Source of the DNA: a virus | IMG/VR virus record: IMGVR_UViG_3300040771_000047 | Location: 593 to 64,592 of that record | Reading direction: 5' to 3' (one strand) | Length of the DNA: 64,000 bases | Shown: positions 9,747-20,346 of the stretch, piece by piece | Position numbering within the stretch: position 1 is the first letter of the stretch | How the letters are laid out: every line of letters begins with the position of its first letter | Notes under the pieces: model-generated | Told to the model about the DNA's origin: nothing | What the model saw: the letters and a program-made list of their open reading frames with translations, nothing else | The model's database searches: none | Translations under genes and position numbers: made by a program

Positions 9747-10451
9747 TTAGATAATTTGATTAAAATTCAATTTGTTCAGTTTTACCTGATAATCAGAAGT
9801 TTGAATTTCCGAAGATGCAAGCATTACAGCAATATCAACAATTTCCCTGTGAGTATGGTCTGGAAGTTCACAATTTACAGAGCCAATTAAGGCTACTCCA
9901 GGAGACAACTCATATCCACCGACTCTGAAATCTTCAGCATTGTGCATATAACTAGTCTTGCGTATATAGGTAATACTAACATTATTAACAGTAAATGTAC
10001 CATCAGTAAACACCTTCAATCCATCAGAATTAAATACAGCATTAACTTCTCTCCATTCAAAGGAAGACTTATCGAAGACACTGTCTTCAGCTTCATCATC
10101 ATGTTGAATAATAACTAATTTAGCTTTATTATTCAAACATTTTCCTTTACTTATAGTAGCCTTACCTGCTACATAATATCTATATGTAGTAGGTAAAACC
10201 CCTGTTCCAGTCATAGAATTTGGGACTATTAAAGAGGTTACAACAATAGACCTAATGTCTTCTGTACTTCTTTGACTAGTTTCAAAACCTAAACTACCTT
10301 TTTTCCTAGGTTCTGCAATTAATTTTACAAAGATTTCTTCAGCTTCATTTAAGTATAGGTCAATCTCAGGCACAAGAATATTTCTATTCTTTTGACTATC
10401 AACCTTGTTGAATTTTCTTTTAAAATCATAATGCATCTCCTTGATTGTCAT
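9747..10451 (-). CDS. Neck/tail ring protein, crAss-like
   Basis: N-terminal EIDLYLNEAEEIFVK and C-terminal CELP..HREIVDIAV pattern recalls crAss-like ring proteins; synteny after the capsid gene. Confidence 0.55.
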   Translation of the reverse strand: MTIKEMHYDFKRKFNKVDSQKNRNILVPEIDLYLNEAEEIFVKLIAEPRKKGSLGFETSQRSTEDIRSIVVTSLIVPNSMTGTGVLPTTYRYYVAGKATISKGKCLNNKAKLVIIQHDDEAEDSVFDKSSFEWREVNAVFNSDGLKVFTDGTFTVNNVSITYIRKTSYMHNAEDFRVGGYELSPGVALIGSVNCELPDHTHREIVDIAVMLASSEIQTSDYQVKLNKLNFNQII

Positions 10452-10456
10452 ATCTC

Positions 10457-11257
10457 TTAGTTATTAGCTTGTGATAAAAGAACTAATTTTAAGTCTTGAT
10501 TTTCATCTTCAGAAAGATACTTAGCCACTTCTAACTCATCTATTCCTAGTAAGGAATCCATGTGCATGATTTTGTGACCTTCTTTTCTTAAGATACTTTT
10601 CTGTAAACATTCTAGAACTAAAGCATAGTTAGTAACTTCTTTTTTATCCATATTTAAATGTCTTAAGAAAGAATCTGCATCTTTAGTAATAATCTTGTCT
10701 AGAGCCACTTCAACAAAAGATGAGCTTTGACCTTTTAGGTTTTTACCATCTATAATCATAATTAGCTCAATTTTCTTATCAACAGATAATTTAGATGCTT
10801 CAACAATAGCCTTAGTTTTTGTGGCAACTTTACTTGCTACAATATCAGCTTCTTCTGACTCATCAAAAAGTACGTGTGTTGCTTCAGGATAAAGACCTTC
10901 ATTATAGTCTGACATTGAGTTAGCAATGTATTTACTTGCTCTCATAATCTTAACCTTAATAAAGTTTAAAGGTAAACTTACATCAAAAAACATAGTGTTG
11001 TTTTCTAATTTAAACATACTCATGTTTGAATCCCAAAAAGGATGTGGAACTTCAGAGTCAAAGTTATCTGACAAATCATACTTAATTCCTTTAGCTTTTA
11101 AATCTTTTATGTCTGCAACGGATAGACCTGTAGAGTACTTCATTGTCTCTGTGTCCACTAATGCTTGCATTTTCTTTGGCCTTGTGAAAGACTCACTGCC
11201 TACTTTTCCGTGCCATTTTTTGACTTCGATAGGTCTTACTTCTACTAATGTGCTCAT
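10457..11257 (-). CDS. Conserved crAss-like head-module protein
   Basis: 266 aa directly downstream of the capsid gene; syntenic with the conserved crAss-like gene in that slot. Confidence 0.45.
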   Translation of the reverse strand: MSTLVEVRPIEVKKWHGKVGSESFTRPKKMQALVDTETMKYSTGLSVADIKDLKAKGIKYDLSDNFDSEVPHPFWDSNMSMFKLENNTMFFDVSLPLNFIKVKIMRASKYIANSMSDYNEGLYPEATHVLFDESEEADIVASKVATKTKAIVEASKLSVDKKIELIMIIDGKNLKGQSSSFVEVALDKIITKDADSFLRHLNMDKKEVTNYALVLECLQKSILRKEGHKIMHMDSLLGIDELEVAKYLSEDENQDLKLVLLSQANN

Positions 11258-11352
11258 AATTTTTCTTTTTAATTATTTTAAGCAAATATAAATGTTTTAA
11301 TTAAATAAAACTACCTTAAAATTAATTAAGGTAGTTCTTTATTTATCTACTA

Positions 11353-12810
11353 TTAGTTTCTTGATAAAATCAATTCACCACATTTAGTTACATCTTCAAT
11401 ATGGATTCCTCCAGATTTTCCAACGTGCATTTCATAGTAATCTCCAGCATGTGCAGAAGAACCACCATTTTTAGGACCATAAGGACCATACATACCTTCA
11501 ACATAAGTGAAGCTGAAACCATCTTTCTTGTTCATAATTTTCAAGTTAGATTTTTTACCTTCTCCTGAGAAGTCTAAGAATGTAATTCTTTGAGACTCAA
11601 TTGGGAATCCAGTTACTTCATCAATCTCAAAGTTGATTTCTCTATCATCATAAAGAGGATTGTGGATCAATTCCAAAGATGCTCCATTTGCCATGTTGTA
11701 TCTTACAAATTGGTACCCAGCTTCTAATGCATTTGTATGCACATCAGACTGTACTTTGTTTGTATAAACTTCAACATTTTTAATGAAAGAAGATTTAGCT
11801 TGCCAGTCTTGGATAGCTCTGTGGAATTGTAACATTCCGTATTCTCCTGTGTATCCTTTGATTTGTCTTCCTTTTCCAGGTTTAACTCTAGAATAGAAAA
11901 TATCTTGCAAGTACTCTTCAATTAACTTAGCAGTCAATATAGAATATCTGTGTTGATGAGAATCTTCCAATTGTTCTTGGATTCCAGGACCCATTCTTAC
12001 AGGTCTACCATTTGCACCAAGTACAGTTTCAGCAGATCTAGAATACCAGTAACCTCTTTCAATTTCTCTGTACCATTGAATCCAGTATTCAACTTCAGCA
12101 TAACGCATCCAGCTGTTGTGATATGTACCTTTTGAATCAGGAATAGCTACAGCTAAAACTTCAGTAGAAGCATAGTCAGTAATTCTGTATTCTTTTCTGT
12201 ACTTAGACATTTTGTTTCTGAAAGCAATTGGCATACTAAATACAGTAGAACCTGATTGCTCAGCAGCTTCCTCGTATTGAGAGAATAATTTACCCCATTG
12301 TTGTCCAGGTTTCAAGTACTTAATAGGCATAAATGCTTGTGGATCATCAGAGTTCATTCTTACAGTATAAACTGTACCATCCCCTGATTTTTGACCTTGA
12401 TTTTGAATCCTTACTTGGTATTTCTTGTTAGAAGTACCTGGGAAAATAACATCCCCTGGAAGATACCAGTTTTCATCCAATTTAATTTTGAATGTTTTTC
12501 TAAATTTTCCTGGAGTTACATTTGTAGTTGGTTCTACATTTGAAATAACAACTAGAGGTCTAGTGTTAGCTCCTTTCAATTCCCATTCCCATTCTGTAGC
12601 AGCAATAGTTTCCTCTGTTCTTGGACTACCCATTAAGGTAGAACTGATAGGATTATCAGAGTAATAGTTTTGTGCTGAAAACAATTTGTCCATTTCTCCT
12701 ATCAATCTGTGTGGTTTTGCAAGTAAAGCTTTCCCTAAGTGAGACTGCTCAGTCATATTTGCATTCCACTCCATCTCTTTGATAATGAGTTTATTTCCTA
12801 ATGTAGCCAT
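11353..12810 (-). CDS. Major capsid protein (crAss-like HK97 fold)
   Basis: 485 aa, strongly biased codons, position after terminase-portal-scaffold; motifs such as EWEWEL, GPGIQEQL, ELIHNPLYDD resemble crAss-like capsid proteins. Confidence 0.8.
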   Translation of the reverse strand: MATLGNKLIIKEMEWNANMTEQSHLGKALLAKPHRLIGEMDKLFSAQNYYSDNPISSTLMGSPRTEETIAATEWEWELKGANTRPLVVISNVEPTTNVTPGKFRKTFKIKLDENWYLPGDVIFPGTSNKKYQVRIQNQGQKSGDGTVYTVRMNSDDPQAFMPIKYLKPGQQWGKLFSQYEEAAEQSGSTVFSMPIAFRNKMSKYRKEYRITDYASTEVLAVAIPDSKGTYHNSWMRYAEVEYWIQWYREIERGYWYSRSAETVLGANGRPVRMGPGIQEQLEDSHQHRYSILTAKLIEEYLQDIFYSRVKPGKGRQIKGYTGEYGMLQFHRAIQDWQAKSSFIKNVEVYTNKVQSDVHTNALEAGYQFVRYNMANGASLELIHNPLYDDREINFEIDEVTGFPIESQRITFLDFSGEGKKSNLKIMNKKDGFSFTYVEGMYGPYGPKNGGSSAHAGDYYEMHVGKSGGIHIEDVTKCGELILSRN

Positions 12811-12837
12811 AGTTATTTACATTTTTAATTAGTAATA

Positions 12838-14013
12838 TTAGTCTAGTAAATCTGCTAGAGATTTCTTTTGTTTTTGTGAACTTGCCGAAGACCCTTTTAA
12901 ATTTATTTTATCTGAGTTCTCTATACTAGCTTGAGTTTTCTTAGAGAAGTCTGTTATTGTTTTATTGCTTATAGAACTGAAATCAAAATCACTATTAATA
13001 ATTTTAGCTAATCCTATTAATTTTGCTTCATCTCCTAGTATTGCAAATAAGTCAGCTTGGAACTTACTTACTGTAGTACCATTTTGAAGAGGAACTTTTA
13101 AATCTGCAATATAACTAGGAAGACTTTCTTTATCTTTCTTGTTAATTACAATGCCTTTAAAGTTCTCTACTGAACTAAGATGGCTAGATAGTTTCTCTTT
13201 GTATTCTTTGGCTACTCTTTTATTCTTTACTTTATTAGCTTCGTTTTCAGCTATACCTGCTTTTCTTTCTGTTTCCTGCTTAGCTAATAATTTCTTATAA
13301 GCCTTAGTAGAATAGTTTTCTAATTTACCACTGTCTCTTAAAAAATCTATTTGTGCAGCAATATCTTCTTCATCATATTCTTGAGACTGTAGGTCTAAAG
13401 TAACAGCTATAATTTGGTTAGCTTCTTCAGACATATCACTATCTTTATCTAAACCTGTTCTTGCATGAGAAGACATTTTAGAAAGCAATTCTGTAACATT
13501 TCCTCCTTGAGAAGCAAACTTTACTAAATCTTTAACTGCATCAGGAAGGTCTTTAATTATATCTGCAACTCCATCTTGAATAGAATCTTCCCAGCTACCC
13601 TCCAATATTTCCTGTGCTAAATCCTCAGTCATTTCAGCACCTTCTTCTAATTCGTAAGATACTAAACCTTTTTCTTTTAAGAACTCTATAGTACTCATAC
13701 TACTCACTTTTGCAGCAGGCTCTTTCTTTTCTTCTTTATCTTTCTTCTTATCTTTTATAGGTAAGTCATCTACATCATCATCATCATCATCGTCTTCATT
13801 ACTAGAAACATCAAATTCTTTAAACTGGTCATCAGTTGCTTTATCTTCAGCTTTTTCTGCTTTGATAGTTTCTTCTTTATCTTCAGTAACTTTATCTTCA
13901 GTTACTTTTTCTACTATTTCTTCAGCGGTAAGCACTTCAACTTCTTGTTTTTCTCCAAAAAAGTCATGTGAATTACTATCAAATCCTCCGAAGTTGTCTA
14001 ATGTTTTACTCAT
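12838..14013 (-). CDS. Acidic scaffold-like protein
   Basis: Very Asp/Glu/Lys-rich, helical, lies between portal and capsid genes. Confidence 0.55.
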   Translation of the reverse strand: MSKTLDNFGGFDSNSHDFFGEKQEVEVLTAEEIVEKVTEDKVTEDKEETIKAEKAEDKATDDQFKEFDVSSNEDDDDDDDVDDLPIKDKKKDKEEKKEPAAKVSSMSTIEFLKEKGLVSYELEEGAEMTEDLAQEILEGSWEDSIQDGVADIIKDLPDAVKDLVKFASQGGNVTELLSKMSSHARTGLDKDSDMSEEANQIIAVTLDLQSQEYDEEDIAAQIDFLRDSGKLENYSTKAYKKLLAKQETERKAGIAENEANKVKNKRVAKEYKEKLSSHLSSVENFKGIVINKKDKESLPSYIADLKVPLQNGTTVSKFQADLFAILGDEAKLIGLAKIINSDFDFSSISNKTITDFSKKTQASIENSDKINLKGSSASSQKQKKSLADLLD

Positions 14014-14020
14014 AATGGTA

Positions 14021-14028
14021 CAAATTTA
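14021..14028 (-). promoter_or_regulatory. Host-type -7 element TAAATTTG for scaffold/capsid operon
   Basis: TAnnTTTG 7 nt upstream of the 14013 ATG; TTG about 21 nt further upstream (-33-like). Confidence 0.6.
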
Positions 14029-14096
14029 AGTTTAATTATTTATAAATTGCAAGTTTAATTCTTTACTTGACTTAATTAAAGAGTAATAGCTATTTC

Positions 14097-16490
14097 TTAT
14101 TTTTTATTAATTTTAGCTCTATCAATCTTGTTCTTTTCTTTATCATTTTCAATTTGATGGTCTAAAGCTCTGCTCTCCCTAGCTTCTTTCTTCATCTGTA
14201 TGTCAGCATTAACCCCATCTCTAGCAACTTCCAATGCATCAGGTATGCCATCATTGTCCTGATCTTTATTAGGGTCAAACCCAACAGTAAGTATAAGTTG
14301 TTTCTGAATGTCAGTTTTTCTTTTCTCTTCTTCTTTAAGAATGATATTATTTTTTTCATTTTCCCATTTTTCCTTTTCGTAAGCTCTAGCTTTTTCAGCT
14401 TCTTCAGATTTAAACTTTCTATCTGCTTCAGAGTTGGCTTGTTCTCTCTCAATTCTAGTTCCTTCAGCAACCTCAAGTATTTCACTAGCTTCTTGTATAG
14501 AATCTTGTCTAATAATTTTAAGTACATCAGAAAGTTCAATTTTTTGATTCTGCATTGCAGCATGAGCCAAGTTTTGAATAGTTTCTCTAATACCTTCTGA
14601 GATAGAACTGTCTTCTACAAATAAACCTAAAGTACTTCCGGCTAATAAGTTTAAATCCAGGTTTAATATTTCTACAGACATATCATCTAACACATTAGTA
14701 AGTACCTGTAAGTCAGAGTTTACATAAGCTATCTTAGCTGTATCAAGTAAACCTTGAAGTACATTCTTCTTTACACAATTATGTAATTCAAAGTAAGGTT
14801 CAAGTATATAAGAAGTTTGTACAAGATTTTGTTGGTTGTTACTTACTCTTTCAGACACTGCAGTTTCACCTAATACAGGGTCTGTAACCCCTACAGATTT
14901 ACCACACTTTTGTTCTAAGTATTCAGCCAGTTCAATATACTTGTTAATATCAGAAGCTAAAGATAAATCTAAAGTTTTAGCTACAGTATTAATATCACTT
15001 TGGTTCATACCTTCTTCATCAGGATTAAACCACATAAAAGGAGAACTCTTAAAAAAGTATTGCCACTTTTCAATATCAATTCCTGCACTTTCTGGTATAG
15101 CATTAATGTTCATTAAGATTTTCTTACCATCATCAGATGCCATAAGAAGTTCTACTCTGTACATTACAATATTGTAGTAGTACTGATAAACCTTCATTCT
15201 ATCCATTATAGAAGTAGGGTCAGAGTTCATATTATCATATACAGCTCCATAGTACGAAAGTTTGGATTGATATATGTTGTCCATATCCTTTAACTGACCC
15301 TCTACGAGCTGCATATCTTTATAAATATCCGCACCTATTTTATATCCTTCATAAGTTTGCACTATCCATTCCCTTGAAATAGCTACATCACCAATTTCTT
15401 TATTTAACCTGTAGCTTTCATCTACTAAATACTTTTTCTGTAAAACACCATCTTGGTCAATGTAGTCTAGCCAAGCAACTTGTCTTAAACTTTTAAATTG
15501 ACAATGTATTACTTTTATTCCTATCTTAGAATCAGAAGCTACCTCATCTCCAAACTGAAACAAATTATGCTGAGCATGCATACCTGTATTCTGCAAATAG
15601 TTACTATAGACCTTATCAATTTCTACTTCTGTTAAATCAAACATAGTAACAATCTCAGCTGGATGCATTCTAAATTCAGCTACAGCCCAATTAGCATCTT
15701 CAATAAATTCTACTTCATCAGATTTTTGAAAACTAAATCTAAGTGGATTTACTACTTTAAGAGTAGGTTTACCATTAACGATTCCTATCCAATACACTTC
15801 GTAAGCAGAAAGTAAAGCATGTTTCCAACCTGCATTTAATTTTCTTTTTACATCTTGTGCCTTAGTAACATAGTTTAGAATTTGTTGACCTTGTATTTCA
15901 GAAGGGTCTTGGTGTTCCCTTCTCATGTACTTTTTAACTTGCTCAGGAGTTTGAGCCACAGTTTCTTCTTGTATTTTCTGAAGTATTTCTTGTTTCTGTT
16001 GAGGGGTAAGTTTCCCATTAAGTTCCTCTTGGTACTGAAGTTCAATTTGTTGTTGAATAGGTTTCATTATACCTTCAATAACATATTGTCTAAGTCTAGA
16101 GGTTTCTTCTGTTTTCTTTCTATTAGTAGCTTCAGGATTAGTTGCAAGTAGCTTATAATTAAAAGGCTTCTTCATCTCCATACCTTGAAGAGCTTTTATC
16201 CTGTTAGATGAAATATCTCTATTAACCATCTTAGCTGGAAGCTCCCCTACATTGGCTCCAAAGGGACTACATACATATTCAAAATCTTTTAGGTCAAGAA
16301 TATTATTATTAAGATTGTAATTTACTTGCATTCTTTTGTGCTCAGAAATACCAGCACTATTAGTATTGTGGTTTCCATTAGCCTGTACATCAAAAGAATC
16401 TATTTTTTCTCTATACCACTGAAAGTTGTTTTCTTCTCTCTGTGCCTTAGTAAGTCTTTCTGTATCCTTTATAATTGCTCTAGTTCCCAT
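14097..16490 (-). CDS. Portal protein
   Basis: 797 aa directly after TerL; helical with C-terminal coiled coil and DxDxDGxPD-type motif (DKDQDNDGIPD); size and synteny of crAss-like portals. Confidence 0.8.
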   Translation of the reverse strand: MGTRAIIKDTERLTKAQREENNFQWYREKIDSFDVQANGNHNTNSAGISEHKRMQVNYNLNNNILDLKDFEYVCSPFGANVGELPAKMVNRDISSNRIKALQGMEMKKPFNYKLLATNPEATNRKKTEETSRLRQYVIEGIMKPIQQQIELQYQEELNGKLTPQQKQEILQKIQEETVAQTPEQVKKYMRREHQDPSEIQGQQILNYVTKAQDVKRKLNAGWKHALLSAYEVYWIGIVNGKPTLKVVNPLRFSFQKSDEVEFIEDANWAVAEFRMHPAEIVTMFDLTEVEIDKVYSNYLQNTGMHAQHNLFQFGDEVASDSKIGIKVIHCQFKSLRQVAWLDYIDQDGVLQKKYLVDESYRLNKEIGDVAISREWIVQTYEGYKIGADIYKDMQLVEGQLKDMDNIYQSKLSYYGAVYDNMNSDPTSIMDRMKVYQYYYNIVMYRVELLMASDDGKKILMNINAIPESAGIDIEKWQYFFKSSPFMWFNPDEEGMNQSDINTVAKTLDLSLASDINKYIELAEYLEQKCGKSVGVTDPVLGETAVSERVSNNQQNLVQTSYILEPYFELHNCVKKNVLQGLLDTAKIAYVNSDLQVLTNVLDDMSVEILNLDLNLLAGSTLGLFVEDSSISEGIRETIQNLAHAAMQNQKIELSDVLKIIRQDSIQEASEILEVAEGTRIEREQANSEADRKFKSEEAEKARAYEKEKWENEKNNIILKEEEKRKTDIQKQLILTVGFDPNKDQDNDGIPDALEVARDGVNADIQMKKEARESRALDHQIENDKEKNKIDRAKINKK

Positions 16491-16510
16491 TTACTAATAT
16501 TAAGTGTTTA

Positions 16511-16518
16511 CAAAAATA
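16511..16518 (-). promoter_or_regulatory. Host-type -7 element TATTTTTG upstream of portal
   Basis: TAnnTTTG in the 33-nt TerL-portal gap. Confidence 0.45.
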
Positions 16519-16523
16519 GTAAT

Positions 16524-18746
16524 TTAATTTAATCTATTATTCAAATTACCACTATTATTTTTACCATGCATTCTAGACATCATTTCAACTAACTTTTTAC
16601 CTTTGTTAGAAACAGGCTTAGCTTTCTCTTCATATACTTTAGTTAAAGCATCTTCTTCTTCTTGAAACATAACTTGCATTAAAGCCATCACCCTATCAAA
16701 GTTACCTTTTCTATTATAAGCTATGAGTTCTTCTAGTAGTCCTGGAGAGTAGATTCTATCTATAGTTCTAACAGGGTCATCATTCTCATCAAAATCAATT
16801 ACTTCTAATAACCAGTCTTTAATATATTTTTCACCAGCATCTTTCAATTTATCAATCATGTGACAGCCATACACTCTGGCTACCTTACTATTTTTTACAT
16901 TTTTACTAATTACAGCATCAGGTTGATAAGCTAGAAAGTGTAACTGTTTTCTTCTTCTAAAATAACTCTTAACATGAGTTACATCATTCTCATGCATGAC
17001 TTTAGTATTATAAAGTTCAGCAAAAAGTCTTGCAATGTAGTTAACATCATCAGCTTCATTAGGTCTTCCCGTGTATTCAGCTACTATAATTCTTTTAGTT
17101 CTATGCCCTATGATTACACTTTTGTACACAATAATAGCTGCAAGAGATGTACCTCTGTCTTGTCTATATGGGTCATACCCTATTTTATAGGCTCCAGGTG
17201 CAGGTGTATCTGCAGGATATTCATAAATTATTGGACAACCTGCTAATGAAGTATTTTCAGGCATTCTTCTATGGATAGCGTTATCAGTTCCATCTAAGAT
17301 AGGGTCTGCTTTAACTTTCTTAGTCTCATAGTCATAATAAAGTTTTACAGGTGTACCTTTAGTTAAATGTAGGCCTTTAGATAAAGTGATATCTAATTGC
17401 CTTTTTAATTCTAGTACAGGAAAGTTATTAGTGGACACCATTCCAAATGCTTCAAAAGGACCAAAAGGTTTTTCCTGCATTCTACTTTGCATGTCAGAAC
17501 TAGTGGCACCATTATCCTTTCTAGTTTTTCTAACTTTTAACTCCGCTTCTTTAGCGGATACAATACCAGAGTTTCCTTGGTTATCATAGTGGCCGGGCAT
17601 GTTCCAAGTAATAGGATGAAAGAATCCACACTTAGTATCTTCACTATCTTCATCCCATACATTCTGAAATGGCATTAATCCAAATCTTAATGGACTACCA
17701 TGCATCTCTGCATAATCAGCAGTACCACCACCCATATCTCCAGATGTACCAAATATTGTAATAAGACCTGTCTTAACATCTCCATCCATTACACAATCCT
17801 CAGAAGCTTTATAACTATCCTTGAGCAAACCTGGAGGTCCAAATGAACCAGCTTCTTCAAAAATTAAATCATAAGCATCCTTACCCCTTGCAGCATCAGG
17901 ATTATCTGAGAATGTAAGTGACATAATCTCTGACATAAATCCTACCTCTACAGGGACTCCGTTTCGAGTCTCTAATGTTGATGCTCTAAAGTGCCCTTTG
18001 GAAGCTTGGTTTATAACATCTCTAGGATATACCCACGGAGTATGCTGAGTTATAAAGTTTAAGTAATTGTTTGCCATAGTAAAGATACCTTTTGGATATA
18101 GGTACTTCTTATCTTCTGCAGCAAATATGGAAAGCTTATCAGGTCTAGTTAAATAATTATTAACTCCAATAGATGCATTCTTAAAAGAGTATCCCTTTCT
18201 TCTTGCTTTACCTACAATTAAATTATACCCACCATAAAGGTAATCTACTTCAATTCTTACTTCTAAATGAAGAGAATCAAATACCTTTTTCATTTCTAGA
18301 GCTTGCTCTAAATCAGGAAGATTATAAATCTCATCAGCTTCTTCAGCTGTAATAAGACCTGAATCTAATATACCATTTCTAGCTATTTCCCTTGACCAAT
18401 AATAATTGTAATCTCCATCCCAAAAATCAGGGAATTCTTTTTTCTTACTACCCTTAAGTACTCTTTTTCTTTTGATAGCATTAGTACCTGTTTCATCTTC
18501 TTCTGTCTTCATTATGGGACAAAAGTTTAGATAAAAATAATGGTCCCCGGTTATTCTAGAACCACCTACAGTATAACCATACCTACATCTTCTACGTTGT
18601 TCCTGCCAATAGTTAAACCAATCAGGACTTCCTTCAGGGTCTGCACAATAGTAGCCATACTTCTTAAAATTCAAAGCTTCTTCTCTAAAAGCTTGTGAAT
18701 TTATCCATATACCATCAGGATTCCTTATTGAATTTACTACACTCAT
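16524..18746 (-). CDS. terL: Terminase large subunit
   Basis: GKARRKGYSFK (Walker A region), LIFEEAG (Walker B), GTSGD coupling motif, nuclease IGYDPY and NFDRVMAL. Confidence 0.9.
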   Translation of the reverse strand: MSVVNSIRNPDGIWINSQAFREEALNFKKYGYYCADPEGSPDWFNYWQEQRRRCRYGYTVGGSRITGDHYFYLNFCPIMKTEEDETGTNAIKRKRVLKGSKKKEFPDFWDGDYNYYWSREIARNGILDSGLITAEEADEIYNLPDLEQALEMKKVFDSLHLEVRIEVDYLYGGYNLIVGKARRKGYSFKNASIGVNNYLTRPDKLSIFAAEDKKYLYPKGIFTMANNYLNFITQHTPWVYPRDVINQASKGHFRASTLETRNGVPVEVGFMSEIMSLTFSDNPDAARGKDAYDLIFEEAGSFGPPGLLKDSYKASEDCVMDGDVKTGLITIFGTSGDMGGGTADYAEMHGSPLRFGLMPFQNVWDEDSEDTKCGFFHPITWNMPGHYDNQGNSGIVSAKEAELKVRKTRKDNGATSSDMQSRMQEKPFGPFEAFGMVSTNNFPVLELKRQLDITLSKGLHLTKGTPVKLYYDYETKKVKADPILDGTDNAIHRRMPENTSLAGCPIIYEYPADTPAPGAYKIGYDPYRQDRGTSLAAIIVYKSVIIGHRTKRIIVAEYTGRPNEADDVNYIARLFAELYNTKVMHENDVTHVKSYFRRRKQLHFLAYQPDAVISKNVKNSKVARVYGCHMIDKLKDAGEKYIKDWLLEVIDFDENDDPVRTIDRIYSPGLLEELIAYNRKGNFDRVMALMQVMFQEEEDALTKVYEEKAKPVSNKGKKLVEMMSRMHGKNNSGNLNNRLN

Positions 18747-18749
18747 ATT

Positions 18750-18968
18750 TTATAATATATACATTTGTCCTGCAACACTATGTTTTACTTCTTCCCATTC
18801 CCACTCTTCTAATTTTCTAGGTACAAATAAAATATCTATGCTCATTCCTCTAACTCTTTCTAAGTTTTCTAAATCATCCATAGTAAGAATAACTATAGTA
18901 TGAAATTCTCCTCTTAAGTGTTTACTAGTAACTTTAGTTGTTCTTGGATTATGTTCTATTAGTGTCAT
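18750..18968 (-). CDS. Hypothetical protein
   Basis: 72 aa ORF tightly packed between neighbours. Confidence 0.5.
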   Translation of the reverse strand: MTLIEHNPRTTKVTSKHLRGEFHTIVILTMDDLENLERVRGMSIDILFVPRKLEEWEWEEVKHSVAGQMYIL

Positions 18969-18970
18969 AT

Positions 18971-19540
18971 TTACAATGTATCAGGATTAGCAAAAACACT
19001 TACAGTTTTTTGTCCTTTAACTTTTACACTCTCAAATATCTCATTGTTTACTTTCTCTTCAAGTAAAGTAAGATTTTGTAGTACTCTCTCAGTATCATTC
19101 AAAGCAGATGTAATATCTTTAGGTTTAAGTAAAGGATTACCTGTCTTGATATTTACTGCATCTAAGTCAAATGTATTAAAGAAATTCTGCAGCCTAAGAG
19201 CTGCTTTTTTAACTGACATATAGTAGTTATAAGTAGCAGAAGCATTGGCTTGAAAATCTTGAAGCACAGCAATTCCTTTAAGTACCAACTCGTCAGGCAC
19301 ATAGTTATCATGTTTCATAATGTCCACATTAAGCCTTTGTCTTCTTTCATCTTCAGGGTATCCTTTATAAGGATTTGTCTTATTAACAGATACCATAAAC
19401 TCAATATAAGTAAACTCCTCCATAGCAACGAATTTACCTGGATTGACATCTCTTTCCCATATTTCAGTAAAAGGAGACATGAGAAGAGTTTCTATATTAG
19501 GTTTAACTATTTTGTTTTCTAATGTGAATAATAGACTCAT
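18971..19540 (-). CDS. Conserved protein upstream of TerL, possible terminase small subunit
   Basis: 189 aa helical protein; assignment from position only. Confidence 0.4.
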   Translation of the reverse strand: MSLLFTLENKIVKPNIETLLMSPFTEIWERDVNPGKFVAMEEFTYIEFMVSVNKTNPYKGYPEDERRQRLNVDIMKHDNYVPDELVLKGIAVLQDFQANASATYNYYMSVKKAALRLQNFFNTFDLDAVNIKTGNPLLKPKDITSALNDTERVLQNLTLLEEKVNNEIFESVKVKGQKTVSVFANPDTL

Positions 19541-19544
19541 AAAT

Positions 19545-20120
19545 TTAAGCTTTAAAGATTGCTACACTTCTATTTAACCAACCTTTAATGAATTTCTTCA
19601 TCTTAATGTTAGCTCTTACTATGTTGTTATAAGTAGTGTTTCTAGCATTGTACAAACACTCTTCAGTAACAAACTTCATCTTTTCCCTAGTCATAGGTCC
19701 AATTAATCCATCTTGAGGTACTCCGGCACAACCTTGCATAAGCTTTATTGCCCTCATATTCCCCATATTGTAAGCAATATCAAAATACATAAGACGAGAT
19801 TCAACAGGCAGTATAAAAGCATTAATAGCCCTGTAGTACTTTGTGTAAGCAAGAGCTGCAGCTTCTTCATAAGTTGTATCTTTAAAGTCATCAAAGTTTT
19901 TAAACATTCCACTATTATGATTATAAGCTATACCCCATAAAGTCCAGCCACCAGTGTCTCCAGCTACATTATGTAATTGACCACCTTTACTAATATCTCT
20001 TACACCTTCCCATACTAAGGTCTTGTTAAAGATTTCTTTTTTAAATAATTCAAATTCCTTTGCTACTGTAGAATTAACTTTTGCCAATCTTACATAGTCT
20101 TCTATCATTACTTTTCCCAT
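19545..20120 (-). CDS. Endolysin, glycoside hydrolase family 108 with peptidoglycan-binding C-terminus
   Basis: WEG...DTGGWTLWGI catalytic motif and QGCAGVPQDGLIGPMT peptidoglycan-binding motif, GWLNR end. Confidence 0.8.
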   Translation of the reverse strand: MGKVMIEDYVRLAKVNSTVAKEFELFKKEIFNKTLVWEGVRDISKGGQLHNVAGDTGGWTLWGIAYNHNSGMFKNFDDFKDTTYEEAAALAYTKYYRAINAFILPVESRLMYFDIAYNMGNMRAIKLMQGCAGVPQDGLIGPMTREKMKFVTEECLYNARNTTYNNIVRANIKMKKFIKGWLNRSVAIFKA

Positions 20121-20123
20121 AAT

Positions 20124-20345
20124 TTAAAAATTTTTAATTCTTTCTTTTAGTATTTTAAAATAACTAATCATAATGTACCTCTGATGTCTAAGTCTTTCAC
20201 TTTCATTTATTTCTAGCCCTTTAAAAATAGGACTTGAATTTATAAAAGTATTTAAAGCATCAACTTTAATACCTAACTCATTTGCTTCCTCAATAACTCT
20301 TTGTTGGTGAGGTAACTCACTTGTAATTTCAATTTTATATTCCAT
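20124..20345 (-). CDS. Small helical phage protein (crAss001_48-related family, tentative)
   Basis: QQRVIEEANEL..K..AL..FI.S.IF..L...E..RL..Q...M..Y..IL.ERI pattern. Confidence 0.55.
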   Translation of the reverse strand: MEYKIEITSELPHQQRVIEEANELGIKVDALNTFINSSPIFKGLEINESERLRHQRYIMISYFKILKERIKNF

Positions 20346-20346
20346 A

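Noticed and set aside
13775-13800. (CAT)n microsatellite
   Set aside because: Simply encodes the poly-Asp tract of the acidic scaffold-like protein.
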